64,000 nt of DNA from Psammoneis japonica (GCA_008632985.1 QPGO01000135.1:124001-188000); one strand, 5' to 3'. Counted from the stretch's first letter, positions 13,159 through 28,312 are shown. Made by a program: numbers and translations. The notes: generated from the letters alone by a model not told the origin.

Positions 13159-16100
13159 TGGAAAGACTCAAGCACAAGTCTTTTGTGACACTTGTTGACA
13201 CTCATGCAGAGCCAATTCGCAGGCTCATGCTCGGCACTGCGCACATCTCACACAGACCCTTCACACGAGGTGAGTCACGTGCGCGATGGCCAGTCACACC
13301 GGTCTCAGTCGCATGGGTCACTCCTGCAGCCCATTGCAGGTCTCGCACTGGGAGTCGTGTTTTCTGCAGCCCTTCGTGGGTCTCGCACTGAGAGTTGCGT
13401 TTCCCAATGCGCGCTTCTGCAGGATCAGCGTCGCTGCGGACAGCCTGCAGATGCAGGAAAGTGGCATCATCGGCGGCCACGGCAGGGATGCCCACTGCAC
13501 TTGCCCCCATGACAAGGTCGTGCGAGTGACAGAAGGGTCCTGCTGCTGGAAAAAGGACATTTTTTGGTGTGTCCAAAAAAACCAGTGTGCACACCTTCTC
13601 ATGCACGAAGGATGTTATTTTCATTGACTTGAACAACTGCAGCTGGCCCTGCACAATGGTCGTCGGTGCCACCATTTGTCCGTTGTTCATGCTCAATTCT
13701 CACGCTTGTCAGTCAAGCGGAATGTTTTCTGATTTCTGTCCAAGACATGCCTCCGCTCATTGCAAATGGCAATGGATGACATTGCGTCACGTCTGAAGAC
13801 CAACTGCATCGGAGTTGCCTTGGCAGTGGTGTGTGCAGTTGCACGCACAGCAAAGGTCATGGCAGAAAGTTTCAGTCCAAGGGTCGTCTTCATCTGGCTC
13901 CATGTCTTGTGCTCGGAGCACTGTGTCAAGAACGCATGTGTGGTGGCATCAAGTTTCCAATCATCTGATGTGCCGTTCCACCACAGAGTTCGACCCAGGT
14001 GAAAAAAAGAAGAAAATAAAGGTGGCGCATCGACATGTGTGCAGAGTTGATCAGGCTCCACTCTTTGTCATGGCAACACCCGTTCTGTCTTTGACAGGCA
14101 AAGCAAAATTTTTGCTGATGTCACATTCTTTCACCTTCACGAAAGAACGCATCAAATTCGTGTTTGAACGGCGGGCTTTTCGTCACAAAGCTCTTTTTAC
14201 GCCAGCTCAGGTTGTTTTTTGAAGTTTGTGTGCCTTTTTTGACATTTTTGCCTTTTTCCGGGCATTTTTATAACTTTTACAATTTTGTAGCCGAAGTGTC
14301 ACATCCTCATGTTCGGTGTTTAAAAACGGCATTCTTTCTTTCCGTTTGTTGAGTTCGTTAAAGTCAATTAAACCAAATGGTCTGCAGCCCATGAGCAGTT
14401 GAGTGCTCTCATTTTTTAGAGCATGTTGACTCTTGCGCGTGTGTTTTGTCACATGTTGGGGTGTTCCGTTTCACCCTTTGAGCTTTTCGTCACACAACGT
14501 CTCGTTCAGTGCTTCTCACACAAAGGTGACATGCAGCAGAGGAGAGCACACACACTCCTGTGTGCATGCTTTTCTCGCACAATGGGTTTTCCATTGAACC
14601 CTTCAAGCACCACATCAACAAACGTCTCGCATCCAAATGTCAGCACATGCAGTCATTCTTGCTGTGCATCATTCTTTGTGTGTGTGCAGGCCTTTCGTCT
14701 GACGTGCTGTTCGGCCTTTTTCTTTTAATGTGGCAGCCAGCATCTTTGCTGCTGCATGGTCATTCTCACATTTGGGTGCAAACAAATGACGTGTGCATGA
14801 TGACAGTGCGCATGGAATCAATCACATCATGCAGCATGACATGAGCATTGGCTCCGAGGCTGTTTGTGGGCCTTGCAGAAATGTCATGTCTGTTCTACGT
14901 CCCAGAGATGTGGAAAACACACCACAGGCAATGTCGTGGGTCATTTTCTGTTGGCACTTTGTCTTGGGCCTTTTGGCACATCTGAGCTGCTGTTCTCATG
15001 TGGTTTGCAGTGCTGCCTTCTTGGCAGTCATCGGTGTCAGTGTCTTTCTCACCGGAGCTGAATAAATTTAGAACAAGATTCTCAAATTGCTCACGAAACG
15101 CGACATCTGTGGTTTTTTTGTGTCAAGCGTGTTGAATCTTGGAGTTCTCATCTCGTGCTGACATGCGCAGAGAGAGCCATTTTTGACGAGATTGCTTCTC
15201 TCATCATTCGGCAGTGCTTGCAGCACATCACCGCCATTGTCAATTGCTGAAAGTTCTGAAAAACACTCGCATGACACATTCTTGCCGCACGATCACCACT
15301 TTTGACGATTTTTTTGCTTTCTGCTGTCCTCTTAACTTTTTCCGCACCCACGCGGTTTCACGCGATTGCCGCACTTAAACAAAATTTTCAATTGTGAAGA
15401 GTGCCAACACAAATGACAAAACTTTTCTATTCAAATAAATGCAAACAAATGTGTGCTGTTTCGACCGTGACAGTTCTGTCAAATGGCATTGCAAGCCCCA
15501 GGACAGACTTTGGACCTGCAGTTTGGACAATTGTGAAGAGATCCGTGCCATGCACAAAACCGGATGACACATCTGAACAGACCAGGGCAACAGGGCGCAA
15601 AAAAGTGATGGACAGATGCCTGCATGCTGGGGACGCATGCAGACACCATGGAAGAGTGACTTTTGGCGACAATTTCCGAAATCTTTGGCCCCATTCAAAG
15701 TTTTGCATTGTGCGTGGGTTTTGTCAGCAGGGCTGTGCACCCTGCTTCACAAGTGTCTAAACCAAATGTCTGTGGGTCGACATGTGTTGAGCCGAGTCAT
15801 TCTTCTGAAGTTGCTGCCAAAGAGGAAAGGCAACATTTTCCATTCAAACAACACAACATCAGGAAACATGTGATTAAACACACAAATGACAATGAAATGA
15901 CATTTGCACTTTAGTTGAATAGAGAAAACACCGGGACAAAAAATTTTGTCCCACGGGCACGGAAAAAGTTAAGGAAATGGTCACAGAGAACAGGAAAATG
16001 ACATTCTGTTGCATCCCACTCTTCTCTGCAGAACGGCTGACAGTCATGGTTAGTTAAATGAAGGGCATTCTTGCACTTGCTGGGAGCAATGTCACTGTGA

Positions 16101-16568
16101 CCTGTGCAGAAATGGGGAACAAGCACTCAAACGGTAGAGACAGAGATTTTCTGGGTGTGTAAAAATCATGAGATCATTTTAGTTAGAGTGCAAACACGCG
16201 ATGGTGTCTTTTTCCAAGAAACAAGAATTCTTGTCATACAACAAGTCATTGGAAAGACTCAAGCACAAGTCTTTTGTGACACTTGTTGACACTCATGCGG
16301 AGCCAATTCGCAGGCTCACACTCGGCACTGCGCACATCCCACGCAGACCCTTCATCCTGCGAAGACCCTTCATGCGAGGTGAGTCATGTGCGCGATGGCC
16401 AGTCACACCAGTCTCAGTTGCATGGGTCACTCCTGCAGCCCATAGCAGGTCTCGCACTGGGAGTCGTGTTTTCTGCAACACGCTTCTGCAGGATCAGCGT
16501 CGCTGCGGACAGCCTGCAGACGCAGGAAAGTGGCATCATCGGCGGCCACGGTGGGGATGCCTGCTGCA
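13159..16568 (-). mobile_element. Internally deleted gypsy element nested in the plus-strand gypsy pol
   Basis: Direct repeats 13159-13499 and 16250-16568 with TG/CA ends; minus-strand PPT catgggggcaag; integrase C-terminal remnant AVRATAHTTAKATPMQLVF at about 13690-14000. No TSD visible. Confidence 0.7.
15000..16200. repeat. Unclassified repeat family, inverted homolog at about 57600-58190
   Basis: 15000-15335 matches the reverse complement of 57860-58190, and 16055-16200 matches the reverse complement of 57630-57785. Confidence 0.6.
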
Positions 16569-18410
16569 AAAACCCTGCCATGCACAACTTGGGGAAGGAG
16601 TGAAACCATGTCATGCTCGTCCACATGCAGTGCCCAAGAGGCATGAAAGACCAGTGCGTGATGAAGTCAACAGACTCTGCAAGATTGGAGTTCTCAAGAA
16701 GGTCAATCGATCGGAATGGGCTGCACCTTCTTTCATGATGCCAAAAACAGATCAGATGATTTGGTTTGTGAACGACTTCAGAGAACTGAGTGAATGCATG
16801 GTGCGAATGCCGCATCCTCTGCCGAATGCACAAGACATGTTGCTTCGGCTCGAGAACTTCATGTGGGCTGCATCTCTGGATCTGAACATGGGACACTGCC
16901 GCGTGCAACTCGATGCAAGTTCTGGACAACTCTGTGCTCTCATTCTTCCCTGGGGCAAATGTGAGATGCAAAGCTTGCCCACGCGACTCTGAAACAGTCC
17001 AGATGTCTTTCAAGAGAAGATGTCAGAGATGCGTTCCAGCTCCAGGTGGGACCTCGTGCTGCTGCACTGTGACTTCAATGGTTTTTTGGATCGCGTCGCA
17101 TGTCGCGCACGCACATTTCCACGTGCAGCATTCTACGAAATTGTTTCACAGTCCCTGTTTTGCGAAGCCAAAGGCTTTCTGTTTTCAACATTTGTGAGAA
17201 TAAAAATGTGCTGGGCATGTTCTTTAATGTCTGTGGAATGCACCCGGGCAAGCTGTCAATGATGCACTCCAAGCATGAAGGAGGAGATGCGTTCACAAAA
17301 TTGCCTCTTTTTCTGTTGGCGATCACCCACATTTTCGTTGCAGCACAAATTCACTGCAGAGCTTGCACGCAGAATTCTGTGGGCCCAATGTCACATGGAG
17401 TCCCAGGTGGGACTGGAGATGCGTTCCAGCTCCAGGTGGGACCTCGCACTGCTGAACTGTGACATCAACAGTTTTTTGGATCGCGTCGCATGTCGCACAC
17501 GTGCATTTCTACGTGTGACATTCTACGAAATTGTTTCATGCTCCCTGTTTTATGAAGCCAAAGGCTTTCCATTTTCAACATTTGTGAGAATGAAAATGCA
17601 CTGGGCACATTCTTTAATGTCTGAAGAACACACCCGGGCAAACTGTCAATGATGTGCTCCAAGTGTGAAGGAGGAGATACGTTCATGAAATTGCCTCTTT
17701 TTCTGTTGGCGATCATTTGTGTTTTCATTGCAGCACAAATTTGCTGCAGAGCTCGCACACAGAATTCCACAGGCCCAATGTCACACGGAGTCCCACCTGG
17801 GGCTGGAACCCATCTGGAGCCCGTCCAGACCTCTTTGCAGATCTGTGGCATGTGAGGACCTGCGCTGATGATTTGCTCACAATCACAAAGGGCACCTTTG
17901 AGGACCACCTGGAAAAGTTGGACAAAGTCTTGGAAAGGCTTAAAAAGGCTGGTCTGAAGGTCAATGCATGGAAGTCTGACTTCTGCCAGACCCAAATGGA
18001 GTGCTTGGGCCACCTGGCAAACAGAGAAGGCATCAAGCCAACTCCCAAGAAAGTTGCAGCAATTCAAAAGCTTGCTGCTCCCAAGACCAAGAAGCAACTC
18101 AGAAGCTTCATTGGCCTTGTAAACTGCCACAGGGATGTCTGGATGCAAAGATCAGACATCCTGGCACACGGGCTTGCAGGCAAGAACAGCAAGTGGGAAT
18201 GGACCTCAGTTGAAGAGGATGCGCTTCAAACTGTAAAAAAGGTGGTGGCAGATCAAGTGCTTCTGGTCCACCCTGACTTCTCCAAACCTTTTGAGGCTCA
18301 TGCTGATGCTTCCAAGCATCAGTTGGGAGCAGCAATGTCTCAAGAGAACAAGCCAATGGCGTTCCACAGTCGCAAACTGATGAACGCTCAGCTCAACTGC
18401 ACCACGACTG
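16569..18410 (+). pseudogene. pol: Ty3/gypsy reverse transcriptase and RNase H, interrupted by MITEs at 17028-17825
   Basis: KPCHARPHAVP, SEWAAPSF, SLDLNMGHC, PDVFQEKMS|DLFADL..RTCADDLL (YxDD decayed), ADASKHQLGA, NCTTTER. Confidence 0.9.
17028..17825 (+). mobile_element. Head-to-tail MITE dimer (17028-17417, 17418-17825) with 4-bp TSD CAGA
   Basis: caga at 17024-17027 and 17826-17829; removing the insert restores the RT frame (KMSDLFAD). Confidence 0.9.
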
Positions 18411-18934
18411 AACGTGGCCATCTGGTGGGGCAATGATCTGAGATGCGAGCCAGCATGGCAAAATTTCCGTCACTGCAGAAAGTCGGATTTGTCCTGCGTT
18501 GTTGGTTGCCTGATGCCAACTCTGCACGCCGGCATGCAGACAACTGATGTTGTCACATGCACATTCACAATCATGTGTCATTTGTGTGTCAATCGCACCA
18601 CAGTTGTGGATGTGCACAAAGGACAGAACGATCACACAGAGTTGATCGGATGTCGAAAATTGCAAATACGATCGATTGACGATGTTGACATCTCACGTGT
18701 CAATGGCAATGGCATCCAGACAATCTGTTGTCATGAACACATTCTTCGAAAGGCCTTTTGTTTGTAGAAACAGTGCAGAAGCTTTGGGCCATTGAGAACT
18801 CGTTCGGAGAAACCAAAAATCACAGAGCAAAATTTAATCTCATAATTTTCACTTTTCATGCTTGATTCTACTTTCATTTGTGCTGGTTCGTTGAGCACAG
18901 TGCACTCTCTGCAGAACCAACATGCACTCAAGTT

Positions 18935-19877
18935 GATTTAAATTGGATCAAGGGACACCAGGATGACAATGCCCATCACGATTCCTTGTCTCTTCCAGCA
19001 CAGATGAATGTCCGTGCTGATTGAATTGCAGGCCAATGTCAAGGGAAATTTCCCAGGAGTGCTTCAGTTGTCCCTCACGTGCCACTCTGTTCCACCAATC
19101 TCATTGTCCAAGAGTCCTTGGTGCATTCCAAGTTCAAGCCCATCCTCCAATGCAAAGCTTCAAGCCCTGCCCTGGTTCAACACATGAAGGAGAAGTGCGG
19201 CTGGACTGATGAGGTTTTCCAACTTGCAGATTGGCCAGTCCACTTCAAACTCCTGTCTCACAACATTTGCAGGAAAGTGAGCACTGTCAAGCTGGTTCAA
19301 GACTTGTTGCCTGCTGATGAGATTGTCTGCAGGTGCAATCCTGTTCAACCTGATTGCTGCATTTGTTGTCAACATCCGATGGAGGACAGGTGGGACCACA
19401 TCCTGCGGTGTCCTCACAATGAAGCATGGTGATGCACTTTTCTTCAAGGATTGCACAAGAAATGTGATGACGTTGACACATCTCCTCCCATGCACAATTT
19501 CCTGTTGTTGGCCCCAGAATCATGGTTCAATGGAGGCCTGCTTTGTGTGGATGAACTTCACCACAGCATTCTGGAGATGTTTCATCCTCAAGAGCAGATT
19601 GGTTGGAGGCACCTTTTTGCTTGTTGTTTTTCCTCGTGTTGGAATGAGGCACACCTTGATCACTTGAAGACGGTTGCCAATTTGGATTGCGATGCATCCA
19701 GAGTGGATTGGGCAGCTGCTGTCAGCAGCCATGTGTGGAGCCAATGGTGGGAATTGTGGGACCAACACAACGATGCTGTCCATGGCCGCAACTCGGAGAC
19801 CAGCAAATCAGTGCAGCATTGGGACACCAAGGCAGAGGTCAAGGCTGTGTGCTCTTGTTCCAGCAATCACTTGGCTG
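18935..19877 (+). pseudogene. Non-LTR retrotransposon ORF2 C-terminal remnant (RNase H end, zinc finger); continues at 34457-34600
   Basis: WIKGHQD...AQMNVRAD, CICCQHPMEDRWDHILRC, QEQIGWRHLF, WELWDQHNDAVHG. Confidence 0.75.
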
Positions 19878-20634
19878 TGAATGAATCCAGCTGCCAAACA
19901 GCTCAGCCATGCACAGCACTGGCAGGATGCGATGCAACAATCAATGGAATGCTTCAACAGGCCTGTCACAACTTAATCATGCAACAAGTGACTGCAATGA
20001 GCTCATGGAGAACCACAGAAAAGTTTCCCTCTGACAACACATCACTGATGACCAATGACTGGTGACAGCTGGTGCAGTGCACCAATCCATAAAACACAGT
20101 GCAGCACTGCCACTTTTATTTGGTCCCCTTGAAATGTTTCTAGCAAGCCACAATCTAGCTGGAGAGAGACAAAATTCAATCAATGTGAAATAAAACCCGA
20201 CCCTTGGACATGGTGTCAACCCACACTGGGGAAAAACATCGCCACCGCCCAGGGCACACTCACAAGCAACTGTCAAACCACCAAATCAACAAGTGAACTT
20301 GTCCAACAAGAAATTTTGCCAAACATTTGTCATGATCTTGGTGAACAGGTCAGAGAGGTTCGTCTCCATGTGATCCTTTGCAATCCAGACTGTCCCAGCT
20401 GCCACTGCCTTGCAGTGGCAATGATGTGCAATTGAATGGTGCTTCTTCTTCAGGGTTGATTTGGGAGTGGAACAATTCTTGCACACAGCCTCGTCATCAA
20501 AGAAAATGTTCGTGGGGCCTTCGATTGGAACCCCCAACATCCAAAGCTTGCACCTCAAAGCCTCAATCAGCTCAATGACAGTCTTGAGGGCCACTGTCTC
20601 AGCACCAAATGTGCTAGCCTCCACCACATTCTGA

Positions 20635-23600
20635 TGAACAAACACTGCCATGACAGCTGAGAATTGGGCACAAGACAAGACAGAGTGTTGAACAGCATCA
20701 ACAGGTTCTAGAATTGTGAGATGTTGTGCTGCTGGGACCACTGAACAAGCAACAGTGGACCAATCGCCAATGGCACATAAACTGCCTGTGTTCGTGACAG
20801 CACATCAGCATTTGTTCAGTCCCCTCAAACTGACACTGGCTCCACTTGGGCCAGATCGACAGACAAATGCAACCTGATGCTGCCCTGTTCCAGGGCAGTG
20901 TCATCATTTTGGGGGTGGGAAAAGCCGCACCTACACGGCAAACCCATTTGGTTTGTCCCCTTTTGGGACTCACCATAAAATGTGACTTGTAATTTCCCGG
21001 AGCTTCCGTCCAGGCAATGACTTGGTCAGTGCATCCACTAAATTTGTGCACCCGTCTTCCCAAGCAATGCACACTGTTCCAGCGGCTTGTGCCTTGCCAG
21101 TCCTGTGACAGGCAATCGCATTGTGCTTTTTCTTCAAAGTAGACTCTGGTTTAGTTGAGTTCTTGAAGACAGCCTCATTGTCGCAGAAGACATCAGTGGC
21201 CCCATCCATGGGGATTCCGAGCATTCAAAGCTTGTGACGCAAGGCTTCAATTTGCTCCACTGCAGTCTTCATCACCACGAACTCCGATCCAAAAGCAGAG
21301 GACTCTACGGTTTTCTGCCATTTAGAGTGGCACAAGATGGGTGCTCGTTGAATGAATGTCAGGATCCCAGTGTGGGACCTGCTCATCACACGGCATCCGG
21401 TGTGATCAGCATCGACAAAGCAAGCAGTGGTCACGCCATTCCCACATGCTTCCAGCATGTTCAGCGGCATTGGTTCAGCTGTGCCAGGGTGGTGTTCTTT
21501 CCAATTGCACTTGGTAAAACAACTCTTGTCAAAGACAGGCTCAGTGTCATCGAACACTGGCACAGACTTAGAGTGAGCCTTCAAGCATGCCAAGACATGG
21601 AGCACCTCGTCCAGGTGTCCAACTCGTGGTGATGCCAAGTGGGAGGACATGAGCGAGACAGTGACAAAAATGTCCACTCGCCCTAGTTCAACTGCCCATC
21701 GTAGCACACCAACAAGGCCTTGGCAGCAGTTGGCCGTTTTGGCATTAAACTCGGGTGAACCATCCAGTTCAGGCCCATGTCCCGAGCTCAAGGGCGTCGA
21801 CGCCTTCGTCGGAAGGCGCCTGTCGGTTTTCTTAAGCTCTAATTCAACATCAGCTAATGCCCTTTTGGCACAAAGGTCAGAGGACATGGCCCAGCGTGTC
21901 TTGCCATCCGAGTCAGACAACTGGCACTTTCTGATCTGGGTGCCCAAGCACTCTTCCGGCTCGCAGACACTTCCGTCCTTGAGCATGCACCTAGAGCTCA
22001 TATAATCCATGACCTTCTGAGGTTCATGGGAGACGCACAACAAGTCGTCCACGTAAACAAGCACATGTTCCCAGTGCTTGAAGCCATCCCGCTTAACTGC
22101 AGCTTGCGTCCAAACGTCCAGGTCAGCCTTGCAAGACTCAAACCCAGCATCACGCAAAGTGGCTGCCATGTGTTCCCTAAATCTTGCACCTGAAGACTTG
22201 AGACCACACAAGGCTCAGACAATTGTCATGCTTCCCAAATTCCAGGCCAGCAGCAGCATGGCACTTCTCTTTAGTGTGTGCATTCAAGCAGGCATTCTGA
22301 ATGTCAGCACTCAGGACCTCCAGGTCATTCAGAGCTGCTGTGGTGAATGCCATCCTGTCGCTGTCACACGACACCATGCTGGAATGAGTCGATTCCTTGG
22401 GTGGATTGGTTTGATGGCCTCCGGCCACAAACCTCGCTTTACATTGGAGGGTGCTCTTGATGTCAAAGATCACATTGCAATCAACATGTTTGCACCCGAC
22501 CGGCACAGTGTCGTCATCATGGAATTCAAATGCAGGCATGATGTCACACATGTCCTTCTTGACAGCCTTGAACCAAAAGTCAGACCCCATTCTGTTGTCC
22601 AACTCCATGGCTTCCTCAACAGATTTTGGGAGTTCAATTCCAAACTCATGCGTGCATTTCCAGTTACGCGACTTGACTTTCTTCAGGATCCTTGACCTGT
22701 GACGCAAGACATCTTGGACCCACCAGTTAAAAGCTGGTTCACTGGCTGCCTTGTTCGCCACAGTGCACTCAGCAACCTCGACTGGATTGGATTCCTTCAA
22801 ATCCTTGAGGGGAACCCAGGATGCAGTCCCATCCTTCCATTTGACTTGCAGGTCCCAGCCTGCAGTTGTCCTCCTGGGAGCACGCCTGCCAGTCTCAGTC
22901 GTCATGCACCCATCATCAGCCATGACATCGGTGATCGACTGTCTCCTTCATAATCTGGCAGGCATTCCCTTCAGAGTCTATCTGAGCAAACAGGTTCTCT
23001 GCAATTACGTTAGCAGCACAGGAATCAGTGGATCCATCAGGAAACTCCACATCGTGTGTCCTCGAGTCTGGGACAGGGTTGTCGTTCCCAGTGCCAATGG
23101 GAACCCCATCGCCATCTAGTTTGCATGCAACAACCTCAGCATGAGTCAGCTCGCCTCCATGTGGTGACATGACTTGAGCTGTGAGGCATTCATGTGGCCC
23201 CTCCGGGGTGTGCTCATCAGCTTCTGGTTTGGAAGCGTTGGGTTCCACGGGTTCGACAGCATTGTCCCATTCATCCATGAAGTCATCAGGGAGTTGATGG
23301 AAGTCAGCATTGGCACCCTGTTCTGGGATGTTAAGTCGTTCGATCAAAGTCTGATCGACTGATGCTAGATCCAATTGGATTGCTGGAGTTTTAAAAGGTC
23401 ATCCTCCGGCATGGCCCATGCATCTTTCCGAATGATGGGTCTGCCTGATTCGGGCAGAATGACAAATGCCATGTCGTCAGTGCAGTTGTCGGCTGCTCCG
23501 AGCCAACAGCCGATGCACTTCTTCTTGTGTGGGAACTCCACCACAGGCATGTAATGGCAGACAGGTTGACACCAATCAAAGAGAGAGAGGGACGAAATGT

Positions 23601-26600
23601 CAGGTGTTGAACCTGTCACCTCTTCTTCTGGGACTCGTCCTCCCACATCTGACATGCCAGTCGCAATCATGCATCGGACATCACACATCTATTTGGCACT
23701 GCAGGACCAAAGTTGCCTGTGAGCGCCTCAACAGATTTCGGGAGTTCAATTCCGAACTCATGCATGCGTTTCCAGCAATGCGACTTGACTTTCTTCAGGA
23801 TCCTTGACCTGCGATGCAAGACGTCTCGGACCCACCAGCTAAAAGCTGGTTCACTGGCTACCTCATTTGCCACAGCACACTCAGCAACCTCGACTGGATT
23901 GGATTCCTTCAAATCCTTGAGGGGAACCCAGGATGTGGTCCCATCCTTCCATTCAACTTGCAGGTCCCAGACTGTGGTTGTCCTCCCAGGAGCACGCCTG
24001 CCAGTCTTAGTTGTCATGCACCCGTCATCAGCCACAACATCGGTGATCAACTGTCTCCTTCACAATCTGGCAGGCATTCCCTTCAGAGTCTATCTGAGTG
24101 AACAGGTTCTCTGCAATTACGTTGGCAGCACAGGAATCAGTGGATCCATCAGGAAACTCCACATCATGTGTCCTCGAGTCTGTGACAGAGTTGTCATTCC
24201 TGGTGCCAATGGGAACCCCGTCGCTGTCTTGTTTGCATGCAATGACCCTAGCATGAGTCAGCTCACCTCCATGTGGTGACATGACTTGAGCTGTGAGGCA
24301 TTCATCTGGCTCCTCCGGGGTGTGCTCATCAGTTTCTGGTTTGGAAGCATTGGGTTCCACGGGTTCCACAGCATTGTCCCATTAGTCCATGAAGTCGTCA
24401 GGGAGTTCAGGGAAGTCAGCATTGGCATCCTGTTCTGGGATGTTAAGTCATTCAATCAAAGCCTGATTGACTGATGCTAGATCCGTTTGGATCGCCGGAG
24501 TTTTAAGGTCATCCTCCGGCATGGCCCACACATCTTTCCAAATGATGGGTCTGCCTGATTCGGGCAGGATGATAAATGCCATGTCATCAGTGCAGTTGTC
24601 GGCTGCTCCGAGCCAATGGCGGATGCACGTCTTCTTGTGTGGGAACTCTGCCACAGGCATGTAACAGCAGACAGGTTGACACCAATCAAAGAGAGAGAGG
24701 GATGAGATGTCAGGTGTTGAACCTGTCACCTCTTCCTATGGGACTCGTCCTCCCACATCCGACATGCTAGTCGCAATCATGCGACGGACATCACATGTCC
24801 ATTTGGCACTGTAGGACCAAAGTCGCCTGTGAGCGCCAGTCTGGCATAGAGTCACGCGGACTCTCTTCTTCAACTCACGAATGGATGCCTTGGCTGGGTT
24901 CTGCCAGGGGCTGCACGGGGTGGACACCTCCTGGTGCATCCTGCATTCCTTGCAAATCTTCTTGGTCTGGCCCTCCGCCATTTCCGGTGTGCCATCCGAC
25001 ACAAGGACTTGTGGTGTGCCAACGTCATGCACAAATGACATGATGGCATTCGGGTGGTCCTGTTTCCTCTTCCAAGGATGGAACCTGTCACACCCTCTTC
25101 CGTTGGTAAACACACTTCCTCCTGTCTCGCCATGCATCGATTTAACCTTCGAAAACTTCTGGTCAGAGTAGAAGCATCCCTTGACAGCAGGGAACTTAAG
25201 CCAAGGGGCTTTCTTCCGGACTTTCCGTTCGGATGGTGTGCAGACATTGTGGACCCCTGCCTGGGTCGTCACTCTAAGGGTGTTCTTAGCAGCTGTCAGA
25301 CCAATGTTCCACCTCTCAGAGAGTGTCTCGAGTGTGACAGTCGATGCACAACTCAAGGTCGACAGTGCATGCACCCGTTTCCGCTCAGCACAATCCGGGT
25401 GGACATCTGGGTCACACCAGTCGTGTAGCCCGTCTCCCTCAATGTCGTTGTGGGAGACATTCACCTGAGCAACTAGGCGGTGATACAGAGAATCATCGTC
25501 ATCAGTGTCCATGATGACATTCTCATCGTGACAAGACGTTTGATGTGAATGAATTGATGCGACACACCTGGTCGCATTCATCATCATCGCCTGTCCATCA
25601 GACTTTGCTGATCCTTGGCGTGTGCCAGCACATGCATGCGCTTCCTCCTTTTGCGCCATGGCATCAGCAGAAGGCTCCCATCTCAGGGGTGATGTGAGTT
25701 CCAGCCGGGGAAGGTTCTCCAGATCCTCCTTTGTCGGCTTGTGTGAGTCAAAAACTGAAGCAACACCTCACATGCGCAATGGGATCCTGATTTTCGAGTT
25801 AGGGAAAGCAACAGAGTGTGTGCTGTTGGGATCAAACTGGCGAGGGGTGTCGTGGACAGTCAGTCCATTAGCTCGCAGTTGGTTGGGGCACAGCAGGGTG
25901 TCAGTCATCCTGTCCCCAAAAAACATGGCCTCATGGACTAACAGCAGGCATGGTTGTCCATCAGTTGGATCAACCCACACAGCAGCAGCCGTGCAAATGG
26001 AACATTTCGCATTGGTGCATGCTCTTCGGAGCAAGGATGTACTACAACAGTGCCGTTGACATCAGAGCACATGATAAAATTGGACCCAACAGCACATGTG
26101 TCAGAGTGTGAGTCCAAATCATTGGTCGCTTCACCATCTGAATGTCCAGCAGATGACAAAGAGACATGTGTGTCCTTTAGGAATTGCCCAGATAAATGCA
26201 CAGTGCCAGCAGGTGTAGTGACAGTCGGTTCCATGCCTTTCAGTGCTGGCGCAACTGTTCATTCCTCTTTCTGAGGTTTCTCATGGGTGCCACGTCCGAA
26301 CTGCGTGCCTGCATTGGCAGCAGGCTTGGCCGACTCTTCGGAGTCCTTTTGTTCATCAGCAGTTTTAGGCTCAGGCTCGGCAACAGCCACTTTCTTAACA
26401 GCGCGAGTTTCGGCATCGACCAACTCAGCCTCCAAGGATGCAGCTGCTGCTTTGCATTTCTTCTTGGCTTTCTTGGCCTCATGGAGCTTCTTAACTTGCT
26501 CTTGCTCAGGACCGTCAAGAGCACTCCACTCTTCAATGGGACAATGGCCTGCCCTGATCCTGGGCTTGTCCTTTTTAGGTTGGTGCTTGCCGCCAGGGTT

Positions 26601-28312
26601 TCCGCGCCGGTTGTTGCGGCGTTGGATGGATGGGATGCCGTGAATGTCGGCGTTGTGGTTCTTGGCATTCTCCACCAGAGTTTTCACATGCTGCTGGCAT
26701 GCTTTGAAATCCGCTGGCTTCGTCAGGTCTCTGTCCACTGCACTCTTGCCAGTCTCCAACCTGGTGTCAGAGATGCCCTTGAGAAAGTCAGAGACCTTCT
26801 TGGTCTCGGCTGCTGGTTCATCCAGCTCCGACAAGTTCCAGTGTACTTCGCGGCAGCAATCTGTGCATGGGCACGGTTCTTTTGGGTGGTGGCAGCAGCC
26901 GATCCTTCTGCCTGCCTCTTGAGTGCAAAGAAGGCAGCACGACCATCGCGATTGCAATTGGAAGGTTTGACAACAGCCCATCCGGCCCCCCTGTCACCAA
27001 CTTCTTCAAGAGATCATGCAGGTGTTGCCTTTCCTGTGTGTGCTGAGCTCCTGCAAGTTGGGTGGCAGCAATGAGGTCTTCGTCAATGGTGGAGCAAGCA
27101 GCAGCCAACATTTTGGCGGTGACCTCTTCATGCTCCCCAACTGGGCAGATGAGGGGTGCACCAGCAACGGCACTGCGGTGGTGGTGCAGTTCAGTCTCCA
27201 GTGACTCTTGGAAGGTGGGTCAGTCATGCAGATTCTTGAGTTCCATGGCCGTCTTGGCAGCGGATTCATCATCCGAGTCCACTGACTTGAATTGTTCCAA
27301 TTCTGTGAGATGTGCCATCCATGTCCCAATGACATCACCAGCAAGGAGACCAGCAGTCGGCTGTTGGTTCCGGGCCCTGCGGCAGTCAATCCATGCGCGC
27401 AGCACCTTGAACTTGCGATTCGCCAGGTGTGGGAAGCGGACTTGGGGGTTGGCGGCGGCATCCACGCTCTTCACAATGCCCTTGGTCATGGCAGCAATTT
27501 CTGCCAAAGGGACCTGTTCCAAGTCCTGAATGGTGGCAAAGCCTTGACCGGCTGTGCAGGCACGCGTCTGTGCATTGCATCCACAATGTGCAAGACAAGC
27601 AGCAAAGGCTGCAGCAGTGGTCATGGTGTGTCAGCAGTCATTTGTGTTTCGACGCATGAGCATCCACTTGTGTGAGTGGAGAAAAGTGAGAAAAACGTGT
27701 GGTTCTCATGCTGATTTGGTGGTTTCTACTTGGCGAACTTGCAAGCAGGCGAGGTTACACTTGAGCAACAATTTCCAACAGACATGCATCTACATGTGCA
27801 GTGTCTAAGCAGTTTGACAACATGTTTTGATTAATCAAATGCATGTGATCAAGCAACAGACCTCAACACATAAATCGTTGTGTTGTCTTCATCACGAATG
27901 TGTGTGTTTCTTAGCCAACACATTCCATCCACATGATCAAACATTCTGTCCACTAACGTCATGTCCAACCGATCACAGCTCTGGTCTCCAAGAGCACATC
28001 ATTCACATCCATGAACATTGACACATGTGAAGGACTCAGCAATTACGTGAGCAACCATGGGACCAACATGGCGCTTGCCGCAAAAATCTCCAGGCGATAA
28101 ACATCACAGCACATTGGCTCTGACAAAGTGAACAAATGCTGCCATGACAGCTGAGAATTGGGCACAAGACAAGACAGAGTGTTGAACAGCATCAACAGGT
28201 TCTAGAATTGTGAGATGTCATGCCACTGGGACCACTGAACAAGCGACAGTGGACCAATCGCCAACAGCACATAAACTGCCTGTGTTCGTGACAGCACACC
28301 AGCATTTGTTCA
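20635..28312 (-). mobile_element. Decayed full-length Ty1/copia element (family B, minus copy)
   Basis: 184-bp LTRs 20635-20818 and 28129-28312 (TG...CA); TSD ctga; PPT gagggga; gag-PR-IN-RT(YVDD)-RH order. Confidence 0.92.
22616..24837. repeat. Internal tandem duplication of about 1.11 kb in copia B minus (22616-23727, 23728-24837)
   Basis: Constant offset of 1110-1112 between matching strings; junction gagcgcc|tcaacag. Confidence 0.9.
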